This document shows, piece after piece, positions 33,048 to 40,361 of a DNA stretch of 52,659 bases. Each line of letters begins with the position of its first letter. Position 1 is the first letter of the stretch. A program made the translations under genes and the position numbers. The DNA is from an uncultured Candidatus Peribacteria bacterium. GTDB lineage: Bacteria > Patescibacteriota > Gracilibacteria > Peribacterales > Peribacteraceae. The notes under the pieces are model-generated. The model searched no databases and was not told the origin of the DNA. It was given only the letters and a program-made list of their open reading frames with translations. The stretch is taken from contig CAZYAK010000004.1 of the NCBI GenBank assembly GCA_964645935.1, positions 1 to 52,659 on the forward strand, in the 5' to 3' direction.

Positions 33048-33123
33048 TGGTGGGCGATGATGGATTTGAACCATCGACCTCGACATTATCAGTGTCGCGC
33101 TCTAACCCCTGAGCTAATCGCCC
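33048..33123 (-). tRNA. tRNA-Ile(GAT): tRNA-Ile (GAT), CCA encoded
   Basis: The reverse complement reads GGGCGATTAGCTCAGGGGTTAGAGCGCGACACTGATAATGTCGAGGTCGATGGTTCAAATCCATCATCGCCCACCA. Acceptor stem GGGCGAT/ATCGCCC, anticodon loop CTGATAA. Confidence 0.9.
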
Positions 33124-33295
33124 GTGATGTGAATGATGGTACTCGGCGTCTCCGTCTGCGACGGCTGGGCCCCTGAGCTCATCGCTCGTTGCTCTGAAGG
33201 ACGGAGCACGCCGAACGCGTCGGATCGGCTTCTCCGTGCGGCAAAGGGTACGGAGGAAGGGAGGTTCGGTCAAGCGGCCAGAGAGGGGCCTTTGC

Positions 33296-33324
33296 ACCAA
33301 AAGCGGGGCCCGAAGGCCCCGCTT
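33296..33324 (-). terminator. rho-independent terminator of the Ser-rich protein gene
   Basis: On the minus strand: GCGGGGCC-TTCG-GGCCCCGC followed by TTTTGG, 20 nt after the TAA stop at 33345-33347. Confidence 0.55.
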
Positions 33325-33344
33325 GGATACCCGAGAAAGGGTGT

Positions 33345-33857
33345 TTAGTTGCTGGAAACCGAGGAAGACGAGCTGCTGGTCGCAGCACTGCTGGAGACCG
33401 ACGAGGAGCTAGAGCTCGCCGCGGAGCTGCTCACCGAGGACGAGCTGGAGCTCGTCACCGACGAGGAGGAACTCGTCACGGACGAGGAGGAACGGGAAGA
33501 CACCGGCTTCTTCCACTCGGAGCGCACCTTGAGCTGGAGCTGGCGGCGGGAGAGCTTGTGGTCCAGGCGCATAACCTTGCGCTCCTCCTGCTGCTTCACG
33601 CGGAGCTTCTTGTATTGCAGGCGCATCTCTTTGGGGGTGCCGTCTTCGGTCTCGTCCATTTTCTCTTCGATGCGGTTCATCTTTTCCTTGGCCTTCATGC
33701 GCACGTGGTTGGTGCGAGCATCGTGGACGCAGGTGGCCTTCTCGGAGCCCGACAGGGTGGCGCAAGCGGAGGCGCCGGTCTCATTGGCAGAGACGGTCAC
33801 GGCCGTGAGTGAAAGGGCCACGGTGCCGGCCGCGAGCGCGGAGAGGAACTTCTTCAT
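33345..33857 (-). CDS. secreted protein with a poly-Ser/Thr/Val C-terminal tail
   Basis: ORF 33345..33857(-). Signal peptide MKKFLSALAAGTVALSLTAVTVSA, a charged helical middle, and a ~50-aa tail SSRSSSSVTSSSSSVTSSSSSSVSSSAASSSSSSVSSS…. Confidence 0.65.
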   Translation of the reverse strand: MKKFLSALAAGTVALSLTAVTVSANETGASACATLSGSEKATCVHDARTNHVRMKAKEKMNRIEEKMDETEDGTPKEMRLQYKKLRVKQQEERKVMRLDHKLSRRQLQLKVRSEWKKPVSSRSSSSVTSSSSSVTSSSSSSVSSSAASSSSSSVSSSAATSSSSSSVSSN

Positions 33858-33932
33858 GGAAAAAGGGGAAAGAGTACGACGCGGAATTCTATACCGGACT
33901 GCGGTCCCTGGAAATAGCCAAGGGTGACCTTT

Positions 33933-34862
33933 TTACTCGCGGTAGATGTCCGTCACGCTCTGCCCGCTCTGGATGTTGCGGATCACGTTGGCCAAGAGGG
34001 GGGCGGTGCGCAGGATCTTGAGGCCTGGGAAGGCATCCTGGGGGTTCGGGATGCTGTCCGTCACCACCACCTCCGCGAATGCAGCCTGTGTGAGGCGTTC
34101 GAGCGCGGGGCCGGAGAACACCGCGTGCGTAGCGGCTGCGTACACATCGGGGTTGGCGCCGCGCTCCAAGAGGGCCTGTTTGGCGGAGAGCAGGGTGCCA
34201 GCGGTATCGATGATGTCGTCGTAGAGGATGCAGGTCTTCCCCTGGATGTTGCCTACCACCTCGTGGATCTCTGCGACTTGGTGACCGGGGCGGCTCTTGT
34301 GGAGGATGGCGAGCTCGGCGCCGAGTGCGTCTGCGAACTTCTTGGCGCGTTTGGCGCCCCCGACGTCCGGTGCCACCACCACGGGATTTGGCAGCTTCTT
34401 ATCGCGGAAGTACCGGGTGAAGATCGTGCGAGTGGTCAGCGCATCGGCGGGGATGGAGAAGAAGCCCTGGATCTGGTCCGAGTGCAGCTCGAGCACCATG
34501 ATGTGATCTGCGCCGGATTCCTCTAAGATGTGCGCGATGAGCTTGGCGGAGATGGGCTCGCGTGGCTCGGTGACGCGGTCCTGTCGGGAGTAGGGGAAGT
34601 GCGGGACGATCACGTGGACGCTGCGGGCGAAGCTGAGCTTGGCAGCCTGGCACATGAGACAGAGCTCGATGATGTCCTCGTTGGGGCGGCGGGTCCCCGA
34701 CTGCACGATATACACGTCCTTGCCACGGACGGAGTTCGTGAACTTCACGTAGTTCTCGCCACAGCTGAACTTCTTGCGCGTAACCTCCCCGAGTGGCATG
34801 CCGAGCTCCTTGGCGAGGTCTTCTGCGAGGGCCGGGTGGGAGGATCCGGAGAAGAGGTGCAT
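33933..34862 (-). CDS. prs: ribose-phosphate pyrophosphokinase
   Basis: ORF 33933..34862(-). …VPHFPYSRQDR…, the PRPP-binding loop ILYDDIIDTAGTL, and …VVAPDVGGAKRA…. Confidence 0.9.
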   Translation of the reverse strand: MHLFSGSSHPALAEDLAKELGMPLGEVTRKKFSCGENYVKFTNSVRGKDVYIVQSGTRRPNEDIIELCLMCQAAKLSFARSVHVIVPHFPYSRQDRVTEPREPISAKLIAHILEESGADHIMVLELHSDQIQGFFSIPADALTTRTIFTRYFRDKKLPNPVVVAPDVGGAKRAKKFADALGAELAILHKSRPGHQVAEIHEVVGNIQGKTCILYDDIIDTAGTLLSAKQALLERGANPDVYAAATHAVFSGPALERLTQAAFAEVVVTDSIPNPQDAFPGLKILRTAPLLANVIRNIQSGQSVTDIYRE

Positions 34863-34891
34863 AGGGGCAATGCTCAGCTACAGTATAGCAG

Positions 34892-35443
34892 ATGCACCTG
34901 CGATTCTCCATGACGCGCGGCACCCCCGTTGTCGACGAGGAAACCTCCGAGGAGATCGGACGCATCAACGGGATCGTGCTGGATCCTGACACGGGCAAAG
35001 TGGAGGGCTTCGCCGTTCGTCTACCTGGCTTCCCCGCGCCCGTTCACTACCTCTCGTCGCTGGACGTCGTGCGGTGGGGGACCAAGGCGTGGATCCGCGA
35101 TCCCGGTGCCGTGGCGCCGCTGGAGGAACTCCTCCGGCTCAAAGCGACCGCCGACAGCCCGCGCCGCATCCTCGGCCAGAGTATCCGCACGGAATCAGGC
35201 CGAGATCTGGGTACGTGCGCTGATGTGCAGTTCGACACGCTTCACTTTGCCACAGAGTGGCTCTTCCCGCGCCGCTGGTGGCGGTGGGGATTGGCCATCC
35301 CGGTCACACAGGTGCTGGAGGTGCGTGATGACGCCGTCATTGTCCGTGAGACCGCGGCTCCCGTCCCCGAGGCGCCTTCCGTCCTCCCCGAGGTCCCGGA
35401 GACAGTGAAGCAGATCCTGGACCCCATGCCCGAGCCGGTCTGA
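34892..35443 (+). CDS. PRC-barrel domain protein (two PRC-like repeats)
   Basis: ORF 34892..35443(+). …GTPVVDEETSEEIGRINGIVLDPDTGKVEGFAV… and …GQSIRTESGRDLGTCADVQFDTLHFATEWLF…. The start could instead be the ATG at 34910. Confidence 0.7.
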   Translation: MHLRFSMTRGTPVVDEETSEEIGRINGIVLDPDTGKVEGFAVRLPGFPAPVHYLSSLDVVRWGTKAWIRDPGAVAPLEELLRLKATADSPRRILGQSIRTESGRDLGTCADVQFDTLHFATEWLFPRRWWRWGLAIPVTQVLEVRDDAVIVRETAAPVPEAPSVLPEVPETVKQILDPMPEPV

Positions 35444-35463
35444 AGAAGAGGAGCGCCGCCCGC

Positions 35464-35564
35464 GTGCTTCGATACGCCCTCACGCGGTTCGAGCTACTCA
35501 GCATGACACGCTGTCCCGGAGGAAGCGTTTCCAGAGCGTCATGGTTCGACGGGCTCACCATGAC
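35464..35564. repeat. intergenic repeat locus R3: a U unit (variant inner hairpin) followed by an inverted V unit
   Basis: 35464-35510 reads gtgcttcgatacgc|cctcacgcggttcgag|ctactcagcatgacacg, with the same flanks as R2. 35514-35564 is the reverse complement of the V unit at 14948-14998 (47 of 51 identical). Confidence 0.7.
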
Positions 35565-35593
35565 AGATCGCGGTTGCACATCCGCCACCAAAC

Positions 35594-35621
35594 AAAAGAC
35601 GCACCGCGAGGTGCGTCTTTT
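35594..35621. terminator. bidirectional rho-independent terminator between convergent genes
   Basis: aaaagacgcacc-gcga-ggtgcgtctttt: a perfect 8-bp GC-rich stem flanked by an A-tract and a T-tract. It lies between the PRC-barrel gene (+) and the pilin-like gene (-). Confidence 0.55.
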
Positions 35622-35643
35622 GAAGACGGTGCAAAAGGCGAGA

Positions 35644-36027
35644 TCAGATCTCGTTCGGGACAGTCTCCGTGAAGAAGCTGACGATGACGCGGGCAAAGAG
35701 CACCACGATCAGACCGACGATGACGTAGATGATGGTCTTCTTGGCCTTGTTCTTCTGCTCCTCCTCACCCTGCGAGACGATGAGGCGGATACCGGCGATG
35801 ACGATGAACACCACCGCGATCAGGGCGAGGAAGTCGAGCACGAATGCCATGATGCGAAGGATGACGGTGCGTGCGTCGCCTCCAGAGATGGCCTCCGGCG
35901 TGCCCGGGATGGCGGGGATATCGCCGCCGAAGTTGGCGAGTGCCTTGCTGGAACCGGCGAGCAGTCCCGCGGAAATACCCGAGGTGACCAGCCACATCCG
36001 ATAGGTGAGGCGTTGAAGCGTGGACAT
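35644..36027 (-). CDS. TrbC/VirB2-like (T4SS-pilin-family) small membrane protein
   Basis: ORF 35644..36090(-) trimmed to MSTLQRLTYRMWLVTSGISAGLLAGSSKALA. Cleavable-leader-like N-terminus, then two long hydrophobic helices (ILRIMAFVLDFLALIAVVFIVIAGIRLIV; TIIYVIVGLIVVLFARVIVSFF) separated by a charged loop (SQGEEEQKNKAKK). This is the layout of VirB2/TrbC-type pilins. Confidence 0.6.
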   Translation of the reverse strand: MSTLQRLTYRMWLVTSGISAGLLAGSSKALANFGGDIPAIPGTPEAISGGDARTVILRIMAFVLDFLALIAVVFIVIAGIRLIVSQGEEEQKNKAKKTIIYVIVGLIVVLFARVIVSFFTETVPNEI

Positions 36028-36143
36028 GAGGAAGGAGAGGGAAGTTGAATGTAGTTGTACCGAGACGGCCCCTCCGTCGCAAGGAAGCACGCTCTCGCGC
36101 GATGCGAAAGCGCTTGACTGTCCTACTATGTACGTACGATCTC

Positions 36144-36704
36144 TTACTTCTTTTCCTTGTGCACAAATCCCGCCACAATCAGGGTGATTGCGGGCAGTGC
36201 GAACCAGAGATCTTGGTGCAGGATCATCAGTTGCATGAGCTGGCTCTGCTGGATGACGGGCGAGAGCGACGCCGTCTCAGGCAGGGAGAATTGCAGCAGT
36301 GGGACGCCCGAAACGTACACGAGCAATGTGGAGAGCATGAGCCCAGCGGTGGCGAATCCGAACACACCTGTCATCACCGCGTTGATCACGGAGTGCATCT
36401 CCTTGGTGTACGTGATGTCGAATCCCGCCTTCACCGCGAGGAGGATGATGACCGCCACGAACATCACGAGCTTCACCCATGACAGTACTTGCGCGTCGAG
36501 CGTGAACCCGAACGACTCGATGAGCGGGTTTACGTACCCGGTGAGCCGGAGGAGCACGTTGCCGAGCCCCTGCACCGCCACGATCCCGATGTAGCTGGAG
36601 ATGATGATCTTCACGGACTCCTTCTTTCCGATGATGAACGTGTACGTGATGACAATCGCGAAGAAGACGATGATGAACAGGTCCCAGGTGAGGGTCAGGT
36701 CCAT
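36144..36704 (-). CDS. polytopic membrane protein, hypothetical
   Basis: ORF 36144..36755(-, TTG) trimmed to the ATG at 36704 (MDLTLTWDLFIIVFFAIVITYTF…). About 5-6 TM helices. No family recognised. Confidence 0.6.
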   Translation of the reverse strand: MDLTLTWDLFIIVFFAIVITYTFIIGKKESVKIIISSYIGIVAVQGLGNVLLRLTGYVNPLIESFGFTLDAQVLSWVKLVMFVAVIILLAVKAGFDITYTKEMHSVINAVMTGVFGFATAGLMLSTLLVYVSGVPLLQFSLPETASLSPVIQQSQLMQLMILHQDLWFALPAITLIVAGFVHKEKK

Positions 36705-36764
36705 GGCGGCAAGACTACCTTCGGGTGGGGGAGCGGCAAACAGGGGAGACTTCAAAGGAGTTGG

Positions 36765-36850
36765 TAGTTTTCAGTTTTTAGGTTTTAGTAGAGGAAAACA
36801 GCGCGCATCGCCGGACACGCATGCGAACTAAAAACTAAAAGCCAAAAACC
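36765..36850. promoter_or_regulatory. AT-rich divergent promoter region with a 9-bp inverted repeat
   Basis: AGTTTTTAG at 36773-36781 and its complement CTAAAAACT at 36828-36836 bracket a GC-rich core (gcgcgcatcgccggacacgcatgcg). The flanks are markedly AT-rich for this genome and lie between the divergent membrane-protein gene and truB. Confidence 0.3.
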
Positions 36851-36872
36851 ACAAACCTGCTATTCTTGTCCC

Positions 36873-37727
36873 ATGCGCCACGGATTCCTTCTCGTCGACA
36901 AGCCCGCTGGCGTTACGAGCCATGACGTCGTCGGTATGGTGCGCCGCGCGCTCAGCGAGAAGGGCGTGGGCCATCTTGGCACGCTCGATCCTGCGGCAAC
37001 GGGCCTCCTCGTGCTCGCGGTCGGGAAGAAAGCGTTGAAGGTGGTGCACCTCTTCGGCGCCGCGCGAAAGGAGTACGTGGCGGACGTACGTTTCGGCGCT
37101 GTGAGCACGACGTACGATCGCGAGGGGCAGATCACCCCCCAAGATCCCCCCATGGGTTGGAACCCGCCCGAGCAGGCGGTGGTGCAGCGCACGATCGCGG
37201 ACCGCTTTATCGGGCGCATCCAGCAAGTGCCGCCCGCGCATTCGGCCATCAAGATGGGCGGGCAGCACGCGTACGACCTCGCACGTGCGGGGAAGGATGT
37301 CGTGATGGCGCCACGCGAGGTGGAGATCTCCCGCGTCGACGTACTTTCGTACGCGTACCCAAGCCTACAGCTCAGGGTTCGCTGCGGATCAGGCACGTAC
37401 ATTCGCTCGCTCGCGCACGACCTCGGGCGCTTACTCTACTGCGGCGGCTACCTTGCAGACCTACGCCGTACCAAGGTGGCGGACTGGGACGTGGGAGATG
37501 CCGTGGCTCCGGATCAGGCGGTGTGGACAGATGTGGTCCCGCTCAAGGAGATCCTCAGTGACCGCCCTCGCCGCGATCTCACGCCGGAGGAATGGGAGGA
37601 CGTCGGTCACGGCCGCAACATCGAGGCGGAGGTGGAGCAAGACACCATCGCCTGGTTCGAAGAGCTCCCCGTAGCCATTTTGGTTCCGGGAGGGGACGGG
37701 ACGGCCCGGGCGCGGAAGGTGTTCTGA
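36873..37727 (+). CDS. truB: tRNA pseudouridine(55) synthase TruB
   Basis: ORF 36873..37727(+). GFLLVDKPAGVTSHDVV… and catalytic-Asp motif GHLGTLDPAATGLLVL. Confidence 0.9.
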   Translation: MRHGFLLVDKPAGVTSHDVVGMVRRALSEKGVGHLGTLDPAATGLLVLAVGKKALKVVHLFGAARKEYVADVRFGAVSTTYDREGQITPQDPPMGWNPPEQAVVQRTIADRFIGRIQQVPPAHSAIKMGGQHAYDLARAGKDVVMAPREVEISRVDVLSYAYPSLQLRVRCGSGTYIRSLAHDLGRLLYCGGYLADLRRTKVADWDVGDAVAPDQAVWTDVVPLKEILSDRPRRDLTPEEWEDVGHGRNIEAEVEQDTIAWFEELPVAILVPGGDGTARARKVF

Positions 37728-37816
37728 GCAGACTCCTCCCCCGTTGCGGGGGCGGCTACACTCGGTGCGTGTCGCCGAGTCCGTCGTCCTCCGGCTTCAA
37801 GAAGACGTGGTTCGTC

Positions 37817-38446
37817 ATGCCCTACGTGCTTCACGATCTCGCCCTGGATGACGAGACGGGCATTCGCTTCCCCGAATCCCTGGTCGAGAAGTTCCTCGCG
37901 GAGTTTACGCAGGAAGGGGATCGTGTGCTCGATCCCTTCGCAGGATTCGGCACGACCCTCGTCGTCGCGGAGCGCATGGGGCGCGTCGGTATCGGCGTGG
38001 AGTACGACCGCAAGCGCCACGCGCACATCCAAGGGAAGCTGCGTGAGCCTGGCAATGTCTTGTATGGCGATTCGCTGCGCATCGATGAATACGGCATCGA
38101 GCCCTGCGACTTCTCGGTGACATCACCCCCGTACATGCAGTCGTGGCATACGGAGAATCCTCTTACCAACTACACGCAGGCGGGGGACTACGCGCGGTAC
38201 CTATCGGGCATACGCACCGTGTATGCCAGGCTGAGGACCGTCATGAAAAAGGGCGCACGCATCGTGCTGGAAGTGTCCAACATCGTCGGGGACGAACGCC
38301 CGATGACGCCGCTCGCTTGGGATATTGCGAGGGAGGTCTCCCAGGAGCTTTTTTTCGAGCGTGAGTACATCTACTGCCACGAAAACGGCTCGATGGAGCC
38401 GAAGACGGGAAGTCATAGCTACTGCCTGGTGTTCCAGAACAGGTGA
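37817..38446 (+). CDS. SAM-dependent nucleic-acid methyltransferase (N6/N4-Mtase-like motifs in I-then-IV order), no partner nuclease
   Basis: ORF 37592..38446(+) trimmed to the ATG at 37817 (MPYVLHDL…). AdoMet motif VLDPFAGFGTTLVVAERMGRVGIGVEYD, followed ~55 aa later by the catalytic-type motif TSPPYMQ. Confidence 0.7.
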   Translation: MPYVLHDLALDDETGIRFPESLVEKFLAEFTQEGDRVLDPFAGFGTTLVVAERMGRVGIGVEYDRKRHAHIQGKLREPGNVLYGDSLRIDEYGIEPCDFSVTSPPYMQSWHTENPLTNYTQAGDYARYLSGIRTVYARLRTVMKKGARIVLEVSNIVGDERPMTPLAWDIAREVSQELFFEREYIYCHENGSMEPKTGSHSYCLVFQNR

Positions 38447-38539
38447 GCTCCAGGGGTGTTTCCGGCGCCGTCTGATGGCCCAATCGTTGGCGGATGCTGT
38501 TGTCCTGGGAAGAGCCCTTTGGTATCGTTTCGCCGCTTT

Positions 38540-38616
38540 GGGTCGGTAGCTCAGTCCGGTAGAGCAGTTGCCTCTTAAGCAATTGGCCGTGGGTTCAAAT
38601 CCCACCCGACCCACCA
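38540..38616 (+). tRNA. tRNA-Lys(CTT): tRNA-Lys (CTT), CCA encoded
   Basis: GGGTCGGTAGCTCAGTCCGGTAGAGCAGTTGCCTCTTAAGCAATTGGCCGTGGGTTCAAATCCCACCCGACCCACCA. Acceptor stem GGGTCGG/CCGACCC, anticodon loop CTCTTAA. Confidence 0.9.
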
Positions 38617-38696
38617 GGCAAATCATGGAAGCGGTCCCGTCGCGGGCGGTGGCGGAGGTTTTTGGTGTGTCAGGTTGCCTGGTATCTCTTTGCTCT

Positions 38697-38722
38697 TTGG
38701 GAGGCGGACCTCCCAACCCCTC
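38697..38722. repeat. 26-nt hairpin element H, copy 1 (TTGGGAGG-CGGA-CCTCCCAA + CCCCTC)
   Basis: ttgggaggcggacctcccaacccctc is the exact reverse complement of 52541-52566. It contains a perfect 8-bp stem with a 4-nt loop and starts 80 nt after the 3' end of tRNA-Lys. Confidence 0.65.
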
Positions 38723-38851
38723 TCGTGGAAGGATGAGGAGTAGCGGGTTCGAGCCCCATCTGACACGGCCGTCATTCCGGTGTTCATCCCTCCCGCCGCC
38801 GCTGGGCTGTTTTGGGGACGGGCCGGGCGCGGATGCGTGTATCCTGCACGT

Positions 38852-39241
38852 ATGGACCTCTCCTCCTTGGCCGGCTTCCTGCCGCTCATCCTCCTGCTTC
38901 CCATTGTGGGGTTTTGTGCGTACATGTTCTACACGTTCCGCGGATCGTTCGCCGATCTGCGCGTCATCAAACGTGCCGAGCGCGACTCGGAAGCGCTGCT
39001 CGCCCACGGGGTGCGCGCGTCCGCTGTCGTGCGTGAGCTCAAGCCCACCGGGTGGCTGGTGTCAGATGACCCGGTGGCACTCCTGGTTTTAGAGGTGCGT
39101 CCGGAGGAAGGGGAGGCGTTCACGGCTGTCGTCCAGGCGACCGTGCCGCAGCTCCTCATCCCCCAGGTGCAGCCTGGATCGACGGTAACTGTGGCTTACG
39201 ATCCCAGCGATCAGGAGCGCGTTACGGTGGTCTTCGACTAA
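38852..39241 (+). CDS. small membrane-anchored hypothetical protein
   Basis: ORF 38780..39241(+) trimmed to MDLSSLAGFLPLILLLPIVGFCAYMFYTF. One N-terminal TM helix followed by a ~90-aa beta-like domain. Confidence 0.55.
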   Translation: MDLSSLAGFLPLILLLPIVGFCAYMFYTFRGSFADLRVIKRAERDSEALLAHGVRASAVVRELKPTGWLVSDDPVALLVLEVRPEEGEAFTAVVQATVPQLLIPQVQPGSTVTVAYDPSDQERVTVVFD

Positions 39242-39245
39242 CCAC

Positions 39246-39479
39246 TCAGACGCGCTCCGACACGAACGTGAATCGCGCTATCCAGATGCCGTCGGATTCC
39301 ACGGTCTCCGTGAACATCCCAAGCGGCCGCACCCAGAGTGCGGACAGGGGATTGTCGTAGAGCGGCTGGTAGACCACCAGGTCCTCCAGCGTCTCGCTGT
39401 GTTTGGCGATGCCAAGAACGCGGTACTCGCGGCCTGTGTAGTGGCGGTAGACGCCGGGGCGGAGAGGCTGGGTGGGCAT
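39246..39479 (-). CDS. DUF1653-family protein
   Basis: 77-aa ORF: …GVYRHYTGREYRVLGIAKHSETLEDLVVYQPLY…LWVRPLGMF. This matches the characteristic DUF1653 core (YRHYKG..Y.V…A.H.ET.E..VVY..LY). Confidence 0.7.
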   Translation of the reverse strand: MPTQPLRPGVYRHYTGREYRVLGIAKHSETLEDLVVYQPLYDNPLSALWVRPLGMFTETVESDGIWIARFTFVSERV

Positions 39480-39496
39480 GCAGGAAGTGTATCCGG

Positions 39497-40309
39497 ATGG
39501 TGTCCGGGCCGCCTGTCCTCCGGTACCATCCGAGCGTGCGCGAGACCGCCCTCATTACCGGCGCTTCCGGAGGCTTGGGGGAACGCTTCGCGTGGCTCTT
39601 CGCGCGCGGAGGGTTCGATCTCGTCATCGTGGCGCGTCAGAAGGACAAGCTACAGTCGCTTGCGGAGGAGATCTTCCGCGGGACCGGGCGTACGGCCCAC
39701 GTTATTTGCGCCGACCTCTCCACGCAGGAAGGTGTGGATGCCGTCTTGGAGGACGTGCACCGCCATCGTCTGGAGATCTCCGTGCTCGTGAACAACGCCG
39801 GCTTTGGGACGTACGGGCCATTTCAGGAAGGGGATTTCGGCAAGGAACACGATCTCCTGCAGGTGAACGTGGTCGCGCTCACGGCCCTCACCAAGGGGCT
39901 GCTCCCACCCATGGTGGCGCGTGGGAAGGGGAGGATCCTCAACGTAGCGTCGCTTGCTGCCTTCATGCCCGGCCCCGGCATGGCCGTGTACTACGCCAGC
40001 AAGGCGTACGTCCTCTCGTTTTCGGAGGCCGTCCGCGCGGAGCTTTCCGGCACCGGCGTCACGGTCACCTGCCTCTGCCCCGGCCCCACCGAGACCGGTT
40101 TCGCGGACGCCGCGGACGTGAAGAAGTCCAGGCTCTTCACGAGCGCGGTGATGGACGCGGAGACCGTAGCGCGCATCGGCTACGACGCGTGCATGAAGGG
40201 CAAAGGGACCATTGTCTCCGGCTGGCATCACCAGTTCTCCGCCTTCGCCACCCGCTTCGCGCCACGGGCATTCACGGCGTGGATGGCGGGGAAGGCGAAC
40301 GGGAGGTGA
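39497..40309 (+). CDS. short-chain dehydrogenase/reductase (SDR)
   Basis: ORF 39338..40309(+) trimmed to the ATG at 39497 (alternative GTG at 39536). Cofactor motif ALITGASGGLGERFA, NNAG, and catalytic YYASKAY. Confidence 0.85.
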   Translation: MVSGPPVLRYHPSVRETALITGASGGLGERFAWLFARGGFDLVIVARQKDKLQSLAEEIFRGTGRTAHVICADLSTQEGVDAVLEDVHRHRLEISVLVNNAGFGTYGPFQEGDFGKEHDLLQVNVVALTALTKGLLPPMVARGKGRILNVASLAAFMPGPGMAVYYASKAYVLSFSEAVRAELSGTGVTVTCLCPGPTETGFADAADVKKSRLFTSAVMDAETVARIGYDACMKGKGTIVSGWHHQFSAFATRFAPRAFTAWMAGKANGR

Positions 40310-40361
40310 GCGTCCGCCACGGGCAGTTGCCTTTCGCGCGGCGGGTGTTTAGGGTGCCGCC

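Noticed and set aside
38743-38757. A T-arm-like sequence, GCGGGTTCGAGCCCC, downstream of tRNA-Lys, suggesting another tRNA or a tmRNA end.
   Set aside because: No acceptor stem, anticodon arm or CCA context can be built around it, and the T stem would be only 3-4 bp.
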